From NCBI GenBank assembly GCA_022844165.1, contig JALHMH010000001.1:224001-288000 (forward strand): a DNA stretch of 64,000 nucleotides, written 5' to 3'. The stretch's first letter is position 1. Every line of letters starts with the position of its first letter. Below the pieces are notes generated by a model. The model made no database searches, was not told the DNA's origin, and was given only the letters and a program-made list of their open reading frames with translations. Positions 1-12,672 of this stretch are shown here, piece by piece. The DNA is from Lysobacterales bacterium (GTDB taxonomy: Bacteria > Pseudomonadota > Gammaproteobacteria > Xanthomonadales > SZUA-5). The position numbers were made by a program, and so were the translations under genes.

Positions 1-62
1 GTGAGTTCGCCCCAACGCGTACGTTTAAAGGTCACTCCGGTGACAAGAAGGCAGGGAAGTAA
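1..62 (+). CDS. rpsS: 30S ribosomal protein S19, 3' end (partial)
   Basis: Frame from nt 3 reads [19 protein letters not shown], the S19 C-terminus; lies directly before rplV. Confidence 0.93.
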   Translation, partial: EFAPTRTFKGHSGDKKAGK

Positions 63-64
63 AC

Positions 65-406
65 ATGGAAACGCGTGCAATTCTGCGTACTGCCCGTATT
101 TCGGCGCAAAAAGTGCGGCTCGTCGCGGACCAGGTTCGCGGCTTATCGGTGGGACCTGCCGAGCAACTGCTGCAATTCAGCCCAAAGAAAGCGGCAGGTA
201 TCGTGCGCAAGGTTCTGCTTTCGGCAGTCTCGAATGCAGAAAATAACAACGGCGCGGACGTTGATGAGCTCAAGGTCACCAAGATCTTTGTTGACGAAGG
301 CCCGCAGCTGAAGCGTATGCACGCCCGGGCCAAAGGCCGAGGCAATCGAATCATCAAGCGCACGAGCCACATCACAGTCGTCGTCGGCGACGGTCGCGCG
401 AGCTAA
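65..406 (+). CDS. rplV: 50S ribosomal protein L22
   Basis: [17 protein letters not shown] and [20 protein letters not shown] motifs; S10 operon order. Confidence 0.98.
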   Translation: METRAILRTARISAQKVRLVADQVRGLSVGPAEQLLQFSPKKAAGIVRKVLLSAVSNAENNNGADVDELKVTKIFVDEGPQLKRMHARAKGRGNRIIKRTSHITVVVGDGRAS

Positions 407-417
407 AGGGATTATTC

Positions 418-1098
418 ATGGGTCACAAAGTCAATCCAATCGGCATCCGTCTCGGCATTTCGCGCGAGTGGAATTCTAAGTGGTATGCCGGGCGCAAAGA
501 GTTCGCTGAGTACCTGAAGGCCGATTTGAAAGCACGCGAGTATTTGCGTACGCGACTCAGCCAGGCAGGAATCAGCCGTATTCAAATCGAGCGTCCGGCT
601 AAGACGGCTCGAGTGACGATCTTTTCGGCTCGCCCAGGTGTGGTGATTGGCAAAAAGGGTGAGGACATCGAGAAGCTGCGTCGGGATGTCTCCGAGTTGA
701 TGGGCGTTCCGACCCACGTCAATGTTTCCGAAATCCGTAAGCCGGAGTTGGACTCGCAGCTGGTCGCCGAGTCGATTACTCAGCAGCTTGAGCGGCGCAT
801 CATGTTCCGTCGAGCGATGAAGCGTGCTGTGCAAAACGCGATGCGCTTGGGCGCTTTAGGCGTCAAAGTCCACATTTCGGGCCGATTGAACGGTGCCGAA
901 ATCGCACGCTCGGAGTGGTATCGCGAAGGACGCGTCCCATTGCACACCCTGCGCGCGGATATCGACTACGGCTTTGCAGAAGCGAAGACCACGTACGGGA
1001 TCATTGGCGTCAAAGTTTGGATTTACCGCGGCGACGTGTTTGACCTTTACGCGCCGCAAGCTGACGCCAAGGCCGAACAACGGCCTGCGGCGAAGTAA
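418..1098 (+). CDS. rpsC: 30S ribosomal protein S3
   Basis: [13 protein letters not shown]; [14 protein letters not shown]. Confidence 0.99.
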   Translation: MGHKVNPIGIRLGISREWNSKWYAGRKEFAEYLKADLKAREYLRTRLSQAGISRIQIERPAKTARVTIFSARPGVVIGKKGEDIEKLRRDVSELMGVPTHVNVSEIRKPELDSQLVAESITQQLERRIMFRRAMKRAVQNAMRLGALGVKVHISGRLNGAEIARSEWYREGRVPLHTLRADIDYGFAEAKTTYGIIGVKVWIYRGDVFDLYAPQADAKAEQRPAAK

Positions 1099-1110
1099 GG
1101 AGCATTCAAA

Positions 1111-1524
1111 ATGTTGCAACCTTCACGCACCAAGTATCGCAAGCAGTTCAAGGGACGCAATGGTGGCCTTTGCCATGTCGCCAATGCAGTAAGCTTTGGC
1201 AATTACGGCCTCAAGGCTGTGGAGCATGGTCGCCTGACCGCTCGCCAGATCGAATCCGCTCGCCGCACCATTTCGCGCTTCGTCAAGCGCGGTGGCAAGT
1301 TGTGGATTCGGGTGTTTCCGGACAAGCCGATCAGCAAGAAGCCAATCGAAGTTCGAATGGGCGCAGGTAAAGGCAACGTTGAGTACTATGTTGCGCAAAT
1401 TCAGCCTGGTCGAATGATTTATGAAATGGAAGGCGTCACCGAACAGCAAGCGCGCGAGGCATTCGCGTTAGCCGCGGCGAAGCTCTCCGTCAAAACCACT
1501 TTTGTAACGCGGTCGGTGATGTGA
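1111..1524 (+). CDS. rplP: 50S ribosomal protein L16
   Basis: [16 protein letters not shown]; [14 protein letters not shown]. Confidence 0.99.
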   Translation: MLQPSRTKYRKQFKGRNGGLCHVANAVSFGNYGLKAVEHGRLTARQIESARRTISRFVKRGGKLWIRVFPDKPISKKPIEVRMGAGKGNVEYYVAQIQPGRMIYEMEGVTEQQAREAFALAAAKLSVKTTFVTRSVM

Positions 1525-1718
1525 TGAACGCGAATGAACTTCGAAAGAAAACCGCATCCGAGCTGTCTGAACAGCTTCTGGAGTTGCGTCGTGAGCAGTT
1601 CAATCTGCGCATGCAGCGCGCGCAGGGCCAACCGGCCAAGCCGCATATGACCAAGCGCGCACGCCGCGACGTGGCGAGGGTGAAGACCGTCCTCGCGGAA
1701 ATGCAGAGGAAAGGGTAA
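1524..1718 (+). CDS. rpmC: 50S ribosomal protein L29
   Basis: [11 protein letters not shown]...RRDVARVKT; ATG overlaps the rplP stop. Confidence 0.96.
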   Translation: MNANELRKKTASELSEQLLELRREQFNLRMQRAQGQPAKPHMTKRARRDVARVKTVLAEMQRKG

Positions 1719-1721
1719 GCC

Positions 1722-1994
1722 ATGAGCGAAGTGCAGCAAGCTGCGACCAAAAAAGCGCGCCCGCTGGTGGGGGTCGTCGTCAGCGACAAAATGCAGAAGA
1801 CGGTCACCGTTCTCGTTGAGCGCCAGGTGCGACATGGTGTCTACGGGAAGTACATCCGCCGATCCACCAAGTTTCATGCACATGATGAAATCGGCGCCAA
1901 GCAGGGCGATACGGTCACCATCGTTTCGTGTCGTCCGTTATCGAAGACCAAGAGTTACACGGTCACCGAAATCGTGCGCCGGTCGGGCGAATAA
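1722..1994 (+). CDS. rpsQ: 30S ribosomal protein S17
   Basis: [14 protein letters not shown]; RPLSKTK. Confidence 0.98.
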   Translation: MSEVQQAATKKARPLVGVVVSDKMQKTVTVLVERQVRHGVYGKYIRRSTKFHAHDEIGAKQGDTVTIVSCRPLSKTKSYTVTEIVRRSGE

Positions 1995-2006
1995 TAGGAG
2001 CACGTC

Positions 2007-2375
2007 ATGATTCAGATGCAGAGCACGTTGGCTGCGGCCGACAATAGTGGCGCAAAAGAACTGATGTGCATCAAGGTGCTGGGTGGTAGCAAACGCCGCT
2101 ATGCACATATCGGTGACGTCATCAAAGTGTCGGTACGCGATGCAATTCCTCGCGGCAAAGTGAAGAAAGGCGAAGTCTACGACGCAGTGGTTGTGCGCAC
2201 ACGCAAAGGAGTGCGTCGCCCTGACGGTTCTTTGGTCCGTTTTGATGGAAACGCAGCCGTTTTGCTGAATAACAAGCTCGAGCCGATTGGCACGCGCATC
2301 TTTGGACCTGTGACGCGCGAACTGCGCTCCGAAAAGTTCATGAAGATCGTGTCGCTGGCGCCGGAAGTACTGTAA
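2007..2375 (+). CDS. rplN: 50S ribosomal protein L14
   Basis: ADNSGAK...[12 protein letters not shown]. Confidence 0.99.
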   Translation: MIQMQSTLAAADNSGAKELMCIKVLGGSKRRYAHIGDVIKVSVRDAIPRGKVKKGEVYDAVVVRTRKGVRRPDGSLVRFDGNAAVLLNNKLEPIGTRIFGPVTRELRSEKFMKIVSLAPEVL

Positions 2376-2387
2376 GGATCGAACGCT

Positions 2388-2720
2388 ATGAACCGCATTC
2401 GCAAAGGTGACCAGGTAGTGGTCATCACAGGCAAAGACAAAGGCCGAAAGGGCGCCGTTACTCGCGTCGCGGACGATGGCCGAATTTTTGTCGAAAACGT
2501 CAACGTCATCAAGCGTCACACGCGCGCAAACCCACAGGTCAATCAACCAGGTGGGATTATCGAGCGTGAGGCAGCCGTTGACGCTTCCAATGTAATGTTG
2601 CTCAATCCAAAGACCCAGAAGGGTGATAGGGTGAGCTTCAAAACGATCAAGAACGACGCTGGCATTGAGCGCAAGGTACGGGTGTACCGCTCAACTGGCG
2701 AAGTGGTCGACATCGTTTAA
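2388..2720 (+). CDS. rplX: 50S ribosomal protein L24
   Basis: [19 protein letters not shown] motif. Confidence 0.98.
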   Translation: MNRIRKGDQVVVITGKDKGRKGAVTRVADDGRIFVENVNVIKRHTRANPQVNQPGGIIEREAAVDASNVMLLNPKTQKGDRVSFKTIKNDAGIERKVRVYRSTGEVVDIV

Positions 2721-2733
2721 AGGACTTTTTGCC

Positions 2734-3270
2734 GTGACCAGATTGCAAGAGCATTACCGCCAGAACGTTCCCGCATTAATGGCGAGACTTGGCTACGAAA
2801 ATCCGATGCAAGTGCCGCGTCTGTCCAAGATCACGTTGAATATGGGCGTGGGTGAATCGGTTCAGAACAAGAAAATTCTTGAGAACGCGCTCGACGATAT
2901 GTCCAAGATTGCGGGCCAGAAGCCCATTGCGACCTTGGCGAAGAAGTCGGTTGCCACATTCAAGATTCGCGACGGTTGGCCGATAGGATGTAAGGTCACG
3001 CTGCGCCGCGAGCGGATGTATGAGTTCCTCGACCGCCTGGTCAATGTGGCGCTGCCCCGGGTTCGCGACTTCCGCGGGTTGTCGGGTCGGGCCTTCGATG
3101 GCCGGGGCAACTACAACTTTGGTATCAAAGAACAGATCATCTTCCCCGAGATCGACTTTGATCAGGTTGATGCCTTGCGTGGTATGGACATTTGCATCAC
3201 GACCACAGCCGGTAGTGACAAGGACGCCCGTGCCTTGCTCGAGACTTTTGGCTTTCCCTTCCGCAACTGA
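2734..3270 (+). CDS. rplE: 50S ribosomal protein L5
   Basis: [19 protein letters not shown]; GTG start at 2734 inferred from the AAGGA RBS. Confidence 0.97.
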   Translation: MTRLQEHYRQNVPALMARLGYENPMQVPRLSKITLNMGVGESVQNKKILENALDDMSKIAGQKPIATLAKKSVATFKIRDGWPIGCKVTLRRERMYEFLDRLVNVALPRVRDFRGLSGRAFDGRGNYNFGIKEQIIFPEIDFDQVDALRGMDICITTTAGSDKDARALLETFGFPFRN

Positions 3271-3285
3271 TCAGGACCCACGACG

Positions 3286-3591
3286 ATGGCTAAGACCTCC
3301 ATGGTGAACCGCGAGATCAAGCGCGCAAAGCTGGCTAAACGCCACGGAGCAAAGCGGATCGAGCTTAAGAAAGTCATTAGCAGCCCAACGGCGAGCTATG
3401 AAGAGAAAATGGAAGCTCAAACCAAGCTGCAGAAACTGCCGCGCGATTCCAGTCCAAGTCGTCAGCGCAACCGCTGCGCTTTGTCTGGTCGTCCACGAGG
3501 TGTGTACCGCAAGTTCGGACTTGGGCGCAATAAGCTTCGTGAGGCTACGATGCGCGGCGATGTGCCTGGCCTTCGCAAGGCCAGCTGGTAA
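3286..3591 (+). CDS. rpsN: 30S ribosomal protein S14
   Basis: [12 protein letters not shown]...PGLRKASW. Confidence 0.98.
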   Translation: MAKTSMVNREIKRAKLAKRHGAKRIELKKVISSPTASYEEKMEAQTKLQKLPRDSSPSRQRNRCALSGRPRGVYRKFGLGRNKLREATMRGDVPGLRKASW

Positions 3592-3615
3592 CAACTAAGG
3601 AAAGAGGCAAACGCC

Positions 3616-4014
3616 ATGAGCATGACCGATCCAATTGCTGACATGTTGACGCGAATTCGCAATGCGCAAGCGATGGCGAAGCCGTCTGTGCAGCTTCCGG
3701 CCTCCAAGGTCAAACTGGCAATCGCGCAGCTACTCAGAGATGAGGGCTATGTTGACGATGTCGTTGTCAATGATGCAGGTCCCGGCAAACGGACGTTGAG
3801 CTTGAAGCTCAAATATTTCCAGGGAAAGCCTGTGATTGAAAAACTTGAGCGCGTCAGCCGACCTGGCCTGCGTAAGTTCCGCGGCAAAGATGCACTCCCG
3901 ACTGTATTGAACGGCTTAGGTTTGGCAATCGTCTCGACGTCAAAGGGAATGATGACTGATTCCAAAGCGCGCGCCGAAGGATTAGGCGGCGAAGTCATCT
4001 GCCTCGTGGCCTAA
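3616..4014 (+). CDS. rpsH: 30S ribosomal protein S8
   Basis: [17 protein letters not shown]. Confidence 0.99.
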   Translation: MSMTDPIADMLTRIRNAQAMAKPSVQLPASKVKLAIAQLLRDEGYVDDVVVNDAGPGKRTLSLKLKYFQGKPVIEKLERVSRPGLRKFRGKDALPTVLNGLGLAIVSTSKGMMTDSKARAEGLGGEVICLVA

Positions 4015-4030
4015 CGCAAAAGGACTTGTC

Positions 4031-4558
4031 ATGTCACGTGTAGCGAAGAAACCCGTCACTCTGCCCAAGGGCGTTGAGTTGACGAACAAGGATGGCGCAA
4101 TTTCCATCAAGGGTCCCAAGGGAACTCTGTCTTTAGCGCAGCCCGCTGGCGTCGCGCTGACTGTCGATGGTTCGAGTGTCCAGATAACAACCAGCGACCC
4201 GGCCGCTAACGCTTTGGGTGGTACGTTGCGAGCGTTGTTAGCCAACTGTGTGACTGGCGTCACGCAGGGATATGAACGGAAGCTCGAACTTGTGGGTGTT
4301 GGTTATCGTGCTGCAATGCAAGGCAAGGATCTGAATCTGACGTTGGGTTTCTCTCATCCGGTCGTTTTCAAAGTGCCAGCGGGGGTCACGATCGAGACTC
4401 CTACGCAAACAGAGATATTGATCAAGGGTGCCGACAAACAGTCGATCGGACAGGTCGCAGCAAAGATTCGCGCATTCCGCCCGCCTGAGCCCTACAAAGG
4501 CAAGGGCGTGCGGTACAGCGGTGAGAAAATCACGTTGAAGGAAGCGAAGAAGGCCTAA
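4031..4558 (+). CDS. rplF: 50S ribosomal protein L6
   Basis: [13 protein letters not shown]. Confidence 0.99.
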   Translation: MSRVAKKPVTLPKGVELTNKDGAISIKGPKGTLSLAQPAGVALTVDGSSVQITTSDPAANALGGTLRALLANCVTGVTQGYERKLELVGVGYRAAMQGKDLNLTLGFSHPVVFKVPAGVTIETPTQTEILIKGADKQSIGQVAAKIRAFRPPEPYKGKGVRYSGEKITLKEAKKA

Positions 4559-4594
4559 CGTGCTTTCTCGCCGATGAAGCTCTAAGGACAAGTC

Positions 4595-4957
4595 ATGGCC
4601 AAAGTGGACAAAAAGGAAGCTCGTTTGCGCCGCGCGCAAGCGACACGGCATCGGATTCGGGAACTGGCGGTTCCGCGGCTGACCGTTCATCGTTCTGGAC
4701 AGCATATTTACGCGCAAGTGCTGGCTCCGAATGGATCGAACGTGTTGGCAGCGGCTTCGACAACACAGGAGTCGGTTAGCAATGGGCTGACCGGCACCAA
4801 GAACAAGGCGGCCGCTGCCGCAGTCGGCCGTGCCGTTGCAGCCAAGGCGCTTGCCAATGGCGTGACAGCTGTGGCCTTCGATCGCTCTGGATTCAAATAT
4901 CACGGTCGCATCCAGGCGCTTGCCGACGCGGCCCGCGAAGCTGGCCTGAAGTTCTAA
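4595..4957 (+). CDS. rplR: 50S ribosomal protein L18
   Basis: [26 protein letters not shown]. Confidence 0.99.
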   Translation: MAKVDKKEARLRRAQATRHRIRELAVPRLTVHRSGQHIYAQVLAPNGSNVLAAASTTQESVSNGLTGTKNKAAAAAVGRAVAAKALANGVTAVAFDRSGFKYHGRIQALADAAREAGLKF

Positions 4958-4993
4958 CCTTAAGCGCTTGGCGCCCGAACGGAATTAAGATTC

Positions 4994-5509
4994 ATGAGCA
5001 TTGAAAACGAAAGTTCTGATGGCCTGTTGGAGAAATTGGTCGCCGTCAATCGAGTGGCCAAAGTGGTCAAGGGCGGTCGTCAGTTCGGCTTTACCGCGCT
5101 GACCGTCGTCGGCGATGGCAACGGCAAGGTTGGAATCGGCTATGGAAAGGCTCGCGAGGTACCGGCAGCGATCGCCAAAGCCATGGATCGTGCTCGCCGT
5201 AGCATGGTTCGCGTCAGCTTGAACGGTGGTACCTTGTGGTACGCAACGCATGGCACACACGGAGCAGCGAAAGTCTTTATGCAGCCAGCATCGGACGGCA
5301 CCGGCGTCATCGCGGGTGGGGCGATGCGAGCAGTGTTTGAAGTGGTTGGCGTGCAGAATGTATTGGCAAAGGCCTTTGGCTCGCGTAACCCGATCAATCT
5401 GGTTCGCGCTACGATCAAGGGCCTTTCGAACATGGCATCGCCGGGCGAATACGCAGCGAAACGCGGGAAGCGCCTGGAAGATCTGACGGGGAAGACCGAT
5501 GAGCAGTAA
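4994..5509 (+). CDS. rpsE: 30S ribosomal protein S5
   Basis: [12 protein letters not shown]. Confidence 0.99.
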   Translation: MSIENESSDGLLEKLVAVNRVAKVVKGGRQFGFTALTVVGDGNGKVGIGYGKAREVPAAIAKAMDRARRSMVRVSLNGGTLWYATHGTHGAAKVFMQPASDGTGVIAGGAMRAVFEVVGVQNVLAKAFGSRNPINLVRATIKGLSNMASPGEYAAKRGKRLEDLTGKTDEQ

Positions 5510-5684
5510 CAGCACAATCAAAGTCACTCTGGTTAAGAGCCCGAACAGCACGCCTGAGCGTCACCGCCTGTGCGTTAAAGGGCTGGGTCTGAAGCGTCTT
5601 AACCACACCGTCGAGCTGAAAGATAGCCCGAGCGTGCGTGGTCTTATCAATAAAGTGAATTACCTCGTCCGCGTCGAAGGCTGA
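5499..5684 (+). CDS. rpmD: 50S ribosomal protein L30
   Basis: IKVTLVKS...[13 protein letters not shown]; position between rpsE and rplO. Confidence 0.96.
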   Translation: MSSNSTIKVTLVKSPNSTPERHRLCVKGLGLKRLNHTVELKDSPSVRGLINKVNYLVRVEG

Positions 5685-5709
5685 GCCGCTACGCGAACTG
5701 GAGTTATCG

Positions 5710-6147
5710 ATGAAACTGAATTCAATCAAACCTGCCGAAGGCAGCAAGCGTGAACCGCGACGCGTCGGTCGTGGAATTGGGTCCACATTGGGCAAGACCT
5801 GTGGACGCGGGCACAAGGGTCAGTACGCTCGCGCCGGAAAAGGTAAGGTGAAGGCAGGTTTTGAGGGCGGTCAGATGCCCTTGCAGCGTCGTCTGCCCAA
5901 AGTCGGATTTCGATCCAAGCTGGCGGCAGAAACTGCCGAAGTCCTCTTGTACAGCTTGTCGAAAGTCGCGGGCGATGCCGTCACTCTGGAATCGCTGCGT
6001 GCCGCTCATCTGATACCTGCTGCCACAAAAAAGGCGCGTATCGTCAAACAAGGGGAAGTAACGCGTGCGCTGAAAGTTGGTGCCGGCGTTGTCTGCACCG
6101 CGGGTGCGAAAGCGGCGATCGAAGCGGCCGGTGGATCGGTGGAGTAA
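5710..6147 (+). CDS. rplO: 50S ribosomal protein L15
   Basis: RVGRGIGS; [15 protein letters not shown]. Confidence 0.99.
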   Translation: MKLNSIKPAEGSKREPRRVGRGIGSTLGKTCGRGHKGQYARAGKGKVKAGFEGGQMPLQRRLPKVGFRSKLAAETAEVLLYSLSKVAGDAVTLESLRAAHLIPAATKKARIVKQGEVTRALKVGAGVVCTAGAKAAIEAAGGSVE

Positions 6148-6153
6148 GACGCC

Positions 6154-7491
6154 TTGGCCAAACCTACGCCAACAACCCCAGGTAGCGGCAAGCTCAGTGA
6201 GCTTCGCCAGAGGCTGCTTTTCGTACTCGGCGCGATCATCGTGTTTCGAGCCGGGAGCTTTATTCCGGTTCCGGGGGTCAATCCTGAGCAATTGCTGGCG
6301 CTGATGGAGTCCCAAAAGGGCACGATTATTGACGTCTTCAACATGTTCTCAGGCGGAGCATTGGAGCGGTTCTCAGTACTTGCTTTGAGTGTCATGCCGT
6401 ACATATCGGCATCGATCATCGTCCAAATTATGTCCACAGCCGTGCCATCCATGCAGGCCCTACGTAAAGAGGGTGAGGCAGGACGACGAACATTGAACCT
6501 GTATACCCGTTGGGGAACGCTCGGTCTGGCGATCTTTCAAGCATTCGGGGTGGCATTTGCGCTGCAACAGCAGGGCGGAAACGTCGTTATTTCCCCGGGT
6601 GTCGGCTTCATCGTCACTGCTGTCATCAGTTTGACGGCCGGGACGATGTTCCTGATGTGGCTCGGTGAACAAGTTACCGAACGTGGTATTGGCAACGGTA
6701 TCTCGTTGTTGATTTTTGCGGGCATTGTGGCCGGATTTCCTGGCGCCATTGTCTCCACAGGTGAGCTGGCGAGCACCGGTCAAATCCAGTTTCTCACTAT
6801 CGTCTTGGTGATTGCGATTGTCGTCGGTGTCACTGCGTTTGTTGTTTTCTTTGAGCGTGCGCAGCGGCGCATTACTGTCAATTACGCTCGAAAGATGGCG
6901 GGCCGTCAGGGATACTCTAACCAAGCGTCGCACTTGCCACTCAAACTGAATATGGCAGGTGTGATCCCACCTATCTTCGCTTCGAGTTTGATTCTGTTCC
7001 CGGCCACTGCAGCGACCTGGTTCGGGTCTGGTGAGGAGGCTCGTTGGCTACAGCGACTGGCTGCAATGCTGGGGCCCGAACAACCCTTGCATATGCTGCT
7101 ATACGGCGGCCTGATATTCTTCTTCGCATTTTTTTACACTGCGCTGATGTTCAACTCGCAGGAAACTGCGGACAACCTGAAGAAATCGGGTGCCTTGATT
7201 CCTGGAATCCGTCCGGGCAAGGCAACCGCAGACTACGTCGATGGTGTCATGACACGACTCACGGCCGTCGGCGCTGTGTACTTGGTCGCGGTCTGCCTGC
7301 TGCCCGAGATCATGCGTATCTACTTCAGCGTGCCGTTCTACTTTGGCGGGACATCCCTGCTGATTGTTGTAGTTGTCGTAATGGACTTCATGGCACAGGT
7401 GCAAGCACATCTGATGTCCCATCAGTACGATAGCCTGCTGAAGAAAGCAAACCTCAAAAACGTTGGTCGTGGCGGTGGTTTGCTGAAGTGA
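6154..7491 (+). CDS. secY: Preprotein translocase subunit SecY
   Basis: Multi-pass membrane protein with [11 protein letters not shown] and PGIRPG; TTG start uncertain. Confidence 0.98.
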   Translation: MAKPTPTTPGSGKLSELRQRLLFVLGAIIVFRAGSFIPVPGVNPEQLLALMESQKGTIIDVFNMFSGGALERFSVLALSVMPYISASIIVQIMSTAVPSMQALRKEGEAGRRTLNLYTRWGTLGLAIFQAFGVAFALQQQGGNVVISPGVGFIVTAVISLTAGTMFLMWLGEQVTERGIGNGISLLIFAGIVAGFPGAIVSTGELASTGQIQFLTIVLVIAIVVGVTAFVVFFERAQRRITVNYARKMAGRQGYSNQASHLPLKLNMAGVIPPIFASSLILFPATAATWFGSGEEARWLQRLAAMLGPEQPLHMLLYGGLIFFFAFFYTALMFNSQETADNLKKSGALIPGIRPGKATADYVDGVMTRLTAVGAVYLVAVCLLPEIMRIYFSVPFYFGGTSLLIVVVVVMDFMAQVQAHLMSHQYDSLLKKANLKNVGRGGGLLK

Positions 7492-7595
7492 AGCTGTATC
7501 GATTGCGCTCGGGTTGCCGTCTTTGGGCGTGCGCGATCGATTTCGACCTGTTACCATAGGCGGTTCAGAATCGCCAGATTTCGTGGAGATAGAGC

Positions 7596-7952
7596 ATGGC
7601 CCGTATTGCGGGAGTGAACATTCCGGTCAACAAGCACGCCTGGATCGGCTTGACCAGTATTTATGGCGTTGGTCGCAGTAGTGCGCGAAAGGTATGCGCC
7701 GGTGCGGGCGTCAATCCGGCCACGAAGGTTAAGAGCCTGACAGAAGCGGAAGTTGAGCGTCTGCGTGCAGAAGTGGGCAAACTGACGGTCGAAGGCGACT
7801 TGCGTCGTGAGGTCGCGATGAGTGTTAAACGGCTGATCGATCTGGGTTGTTACCGTGGATTGCGTCACCGTAAGGGACTCCCGATGCGTGGACAGCGAAC
7901 GCGAACCAATGCACGCACCCGCAAGGGTCCCCGCAAGCAAATCAAGAAGTAA
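7596..7952 (+). CDS. rpsM: 30S ribosomal protein S13
   Basis: [10 protein letters not shown]; [14 protein letters not shown]. Confidence 0.99.
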   Translation: MARIAGVNIPVNKHAWIGLTSIYGVGRSSARKVCAGAGVNPATKVKSLTEAEVERLRAEVGKLTVEGDLRREVAMSVKRLIDLGCYRGLRHRKGLPMRGQRTRTNARTRKGPRKQIKK

Positions 7953-7988
7953 GCCCCAGTCGGCGACAGAAGAAACCAGGATTCGAAT

Positions 7989-8387
7989 ATGAGTAAGCCG
8001 GCCGCAGCTGCGGGTAAAGTCAAGAAGAAGATCAAGCGGTCCGTGTCTGACGGGATCGCCCATGTGCAGGCATCTTTCAACAACACCGTCATCACGATCA
8101 CTGATCGGCAGGGTAACGCGTTGAGTTGGGCGACGTCTGGCGGCGCCGGGTTTCGAGGCTCTCGCAAGAGTACGCCATTCGCAGCCCAGGTTGCAGCTGA
8201 AAAAGCAGGGAAAGTAGCGGTTGAATATGGCGTCAAGACGCTTGAAGTGCGCATCAAGGGACCCGGCCCAGGCCGAGAGTCTGCGGTGCGTGCGCTCAAT
8301 GCGCTGGGGCTCAAAGTCACCAACATCCTCGACGTCACGCCGATTCCGCACAACGGCTGCCGGCCGCCGAAGCGTCGACGCGTGTAA
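7989..8387 (+). CDS. rpsK: 30S ribosomal protein S11
   Basis: [18 protein letters not shown]. Confidence 0.99.
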   Translation: MSKPAAAAGKVKKKIKRSVSDGIAHVQASFNNTVITITDRQGNALSWATSGGAGFRGSRKSTPFAAQVAAEKAGKVAVEYGVKTLEVRIKGPGPGRESAVRALNALGLKVTNILDVTPIPHNGCRPPKRRRV

Positions 8388-8407
8388 TTCCAAGGAAGGA
8401 TTGAATC

Positions 8408-9034
8408 ATGGCTCGTTATCTCGGCCCCACCTGCAAACTCGCGCGTCGCGAAGGCACCGACCTCTTTCTTAAGAGCCCTGCGCGACCGCTGGATAAAAAG
8501 TGCAAGCTGGAGCAAAAGCCTGGGCAGCATGGCGCTGCCAAGAAGGCAAAGAATTCGGACTACTCGACGCAGCTGCGCGAGAAGCAGAAAGTCAAGCGGA
8601 TGTATGGCGTTCTAGAGCGTCAGTTCCGCCGCTATTACGCTGAAGCGAGTCGCCGCAAGGGCGCAACGGGTGAAAACCTGTTGCAACTTCTGGAGACGCG
8701 TCTTGACAACATAGTTTACCGCTTGGGTTTTGCTGTGACGCGTGCTCAGGCGAGACAGATGGTCGCTCATCGCGGCGTATTGGTGAACGGGAAGTCGATC
8801 AATTTGCCCTCGTATCAGTTGAAGGTCGGAGATGTCGTCGCCCTGGCTGATCGCGCCAAAGAGCAATTGCGCGTCAAAGAAGCGCTGACGATCAGTGCCG
8901 ACATGGATCTCGCCCCGAGCTGGCTTGAGGTCGATGCGGGCAAGGGTCAAGGCATGTTCAAGCAGTTGCCGGAGCGCAGCGACTTGTCGGCCGAGATCAA
9001 TGAGAATTTGATCGTCGAGTTGTATTCGAAGTAA
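8408..9034 (+). CDS. rpsD: 30S ribosomal protein S4
   Basis: [16 protein letters not shown]...LIVELYSK. Confidence 0.99.
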   Translation: MARYLGPTCKLARREGTDLFLKSPARPLDKKCKLEQKPGQHGAAKKAKNSDYSTQLREKQKVKRMYGVLERQFRRYYAEASRRKGATGENLLQLLETRLDNIVYRLGFAVTRAQARQMVAHRGVLVNGKSINLPSYQLKVGDVVALADRAKEQLRVKEALTISADMDLAPSWLEVDAGKGQGMFKQLPERSDLSAEINENLIVELYSK

Positions 9035-9052
9035 TTTAGGCGAGGTCAGTCA

Positions 9053-10048
9053 ATGGCGTCTGCAACGAACTTGCTGCGTCCGCATAACCTGGTAGTCGAG
9101 AATGGCGGCGATAAACGCGCCCGCGTAGTTCTCGAGCCGCTGGAACGCGGATTCGGTCACACACTGGGTAACGCGCTGCGGCGCGTATTGCTTTCCTCGA
9201 TTCCCGGTGCGGCAATCACCGAAGTTGAGATTGATGGCGTACTTCACGAATACAGCACCATTGAGGGTGTCCAAGAGGATGTCGTCGAGATTCTGTTGAA
9301 TCTGAAGGATGTCGCGGTGCGTCTGCATAACGTCGAGCAGACCACAGTTCACGTCGCTCGCAAGGGACGGGGTCCTTTGACTGCAGGGGACATCACAACG
9401 GACCACAACGTCGAGATCGTCAATCCCGATTTGGTCATTTGCACGTTGACTAAAGACGTGTCGGTTTCGATGCGCTTGAAGGTGGCTCGCGGCGTTGGAT
9501 ACGAACCGGCTAGCAGCCGTCGCCTGCCTGAGGACGAAGCCCGGCCGATCGGACGTTTGCAAATCGACGCCACCTACTCACCCGTTCGGAAGGTTGCGTA
9601 CTCTGTCGATAGCGCTCGCGTCGAACAACGTACCAATCTTGACAAGTTGGTGTTGGAAGTCGAGACGGACGGGACGGTCGATGCGGTGGATGCCGTCAAG
9701 CACGCTGCCGGGATCCTTGTCGATCAGTTGGGTGCTTTCGTCGACGTGACTCGCCGTGAGGCAGAGCGTCCGGTAGCTGGCCGCTCGGAAGTCGATCCTG
9801 TCCTGTTGCGTCCGATCGACGATCTGGAATTGACCGTTCGATCTGCCAATTGTTTGAAGGCAGAGAGCATCTATTACATCGGCGATCTGATCCAGCGCAC
9901 GGAAGTCGAGCTGCTGAAGACGCCGAACCTCGGCAAAAAGTCGCTGACCGAAATCAAAGACGTTCTCGCCGCGCGTGGTTTGTCGCTCGGCATGAAGCTG
10001 GAAAACTGGCCACCGCCGGGTTTGGCAACAAGCGGTTTTGGCGGCTAA
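9053..10048 (+). CDS. rpoA: RNA polymerase alpha subunit
   Basis: [17 protein letters not shown]; [14 protein letters not shown]. Confidence 0.99.
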   Translation: MASATNLLRPHNLVVENGGDKRARVVLEPLERGFGHTLGNALRRVLLSSIPGAAITEVEIDGVLHEYSTIEGVQEDVVEILLNLKDVAVRLHNVEQTTVHVARKGRGPLTAGDITTDHNVEIVNPDLVICTLTKDVSVSMRLKVARGVGYEPASSRRLPEDEARPIGRLQIDATYSPVRKVAYSVDSARVEQRTNLDKLVLEVETDGTVDAVDAVKHAAGILVDQLGAFVDVTRREAERPVAGRSEVDPVLLRPIDDLELTVRSANCLKAESIYYIGDLIQRTEVELLKTPNLGKKSLTEIKDVLAARGLSLGMKLENWPPPGLATSGFGG

Positions 10049-10069
10049 GAGAATCAGGAGTAGACAATC

Positions 10070-10450
10070 ATGCGTCATCGTAATTCCGGCCGCGCCTTTG
10101 CGCGCACCAGCGCGCATCGCCAGTCGATGTTCCGCAATATGACCAACTCGCTTTTTCAGCACGAGTTGATCAAGACCACCCTGCCGAAGGCGAAGGAACT
10201 GCGCCGATTTGCCGAGCCTCTCTTGACGCTCGCGAAACAGGACGGCGTTGCGAATCGTCGCCTTGCCTTTTCGCGCCTGCGCGACAAGTCAATCGTGGGT
10301 AAGCTATTCGTAGAATTGGGTCCACGCTACCGTGCTCGTCCGGGCGGGTACTTGCGTATTCTCAAGTGCGGCTTTCGCGACGGTGATAACGCGCCGATGG
10401 CTTACGTCGAGTTGGTCGATCGTCCGCGCGCAGCGGCCGCTTCCGAATAA
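10070..10450 (+). CDS. rplQ: 50S ribosomal protein L17
   Basis: MRHRNSGR; [13 protein letters not shown]. Confidence 0.99.
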   Translation: MRHRNSGRAFARTSAHRQSMFRNMTNSLFQHELIKTTLPKAKELRRFAEPLLTLAKQDGVANRRLAFSRLRDKSIVGKLFVELGPRYRARPGGYLRILKCGFRDGDNAPMAYVELVDRPRAAAASE

Positions 10451-10474
10451 CGACGAACTTTGGCGTTGTTCAAG

Positions 10475-10501
10475 AAAGCCGCGCTCGTCGCGGCTTTTTT
10501 T
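10475..10501 (+). terminator. Intrinsic terminator of the alpha operon
   Basis: aaagccgcg-ctcgt-cgcggcttttttt hairpin plus T tract after rplQ. Confidence 0.85.
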
Positions 10502-10519
10502 GTCTTTTGGAGGATGAAT

Positions 10520-11032
10520 ATGCTCCACTGGTTGAAGTTGCCACGCGCCGTATTCGGCGCCGTCGCGGCCTGCGGGGTCGCGCTGCTCGGATACGCCTAT
10601 TACTCTCAATACGTGCTCGGACTCGAGCCATGCCCGCTATGCATGTTTCAGCGAATCGCGATGTTTGCTGTTGTTCTCTGGGCGCTGCTCGCCGCCGTCC
10701 ACGGCCCGAAAACTTGGGGATGGAGAGTCTATGGCGCTGGTGCGCTGTTGCTCACTGGCACTGGTGCAGGTCTGTCCGCCTGGCACGTTCGGCAGCAAAT
10801 GCAGCCGCCGGATCTGATGGGCACTTGTGCACCTCCCCTGGATGTACTGGTCCAAGGTGTGCAGTTCGGATCGATCAAGTTCGGCGACATGCTTGCGCGA
10901 GTGCTTGAGGCCAAGGGCGATTGCGCGAAGGTGGACTGGACGTTCCTTGGTCTGAGCATGCCTGCCTGGGTCTTTGTCTGGTTTGCCATCATGGGCACGC
11001 TCATGGTCTATAGCGCATTCTCGCGAAAGTGA
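10520..11032 (+). CDS. dsbB: Disulfide bond formation protein B
   Basis: LEPCPLCMFQR motif, a second Cys pair, TM helices; GGAGG RBS. Confidence 0.93.
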   Translation: MLHWLKLPRAVFGAVAACGVALLGYAYYSQYVLGLEPCPLCMFQRIAMFAVVLWALLAAVHGPKTWGWRVYGAGALLLTGTGAGLSAWHVRQQMQPPDLMGTCAPPLDVLVQGVQFGSIKFGDMLARVLEAKGDCAKVDWTFLGLSMPAWVFVWFAIMGTLMVYSAFSRK

Positions 11033-11215
11033 AGTGCAAGGTCGCTGCTTCGCCGCGTCGTCGATTGACTGATCGACAAAGTCAAACGCGAATCGCCGAT
11101 CGAGTACGATAAGTGGGCAAGCAGCTCTCCAGCGTTGTGCATTGCAGTACCTAGAAAGCTCGTCTACAGTCGGAGATATCGTAATCTCCGACTGAACGCC
11201 GTGAAGTTTGCCGCC

Positions 11216-12586
<1,371 letters not shown>

Positions 12587-12672
12587 TGCAGTTTGTGGCA
12601 GTCGGGACCAGCTTCAGGTTCCTCTGCAGCGCGCACACCTAAAACCACAAGCGAATCGAACCAGGATTCAAC

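Noticed and set aside
7492-7595. Missing rpmJ (L36) after secY
   Set aside because: No ORF is present, but absence from the spc operon is, to my knowledge, common in this lineage.
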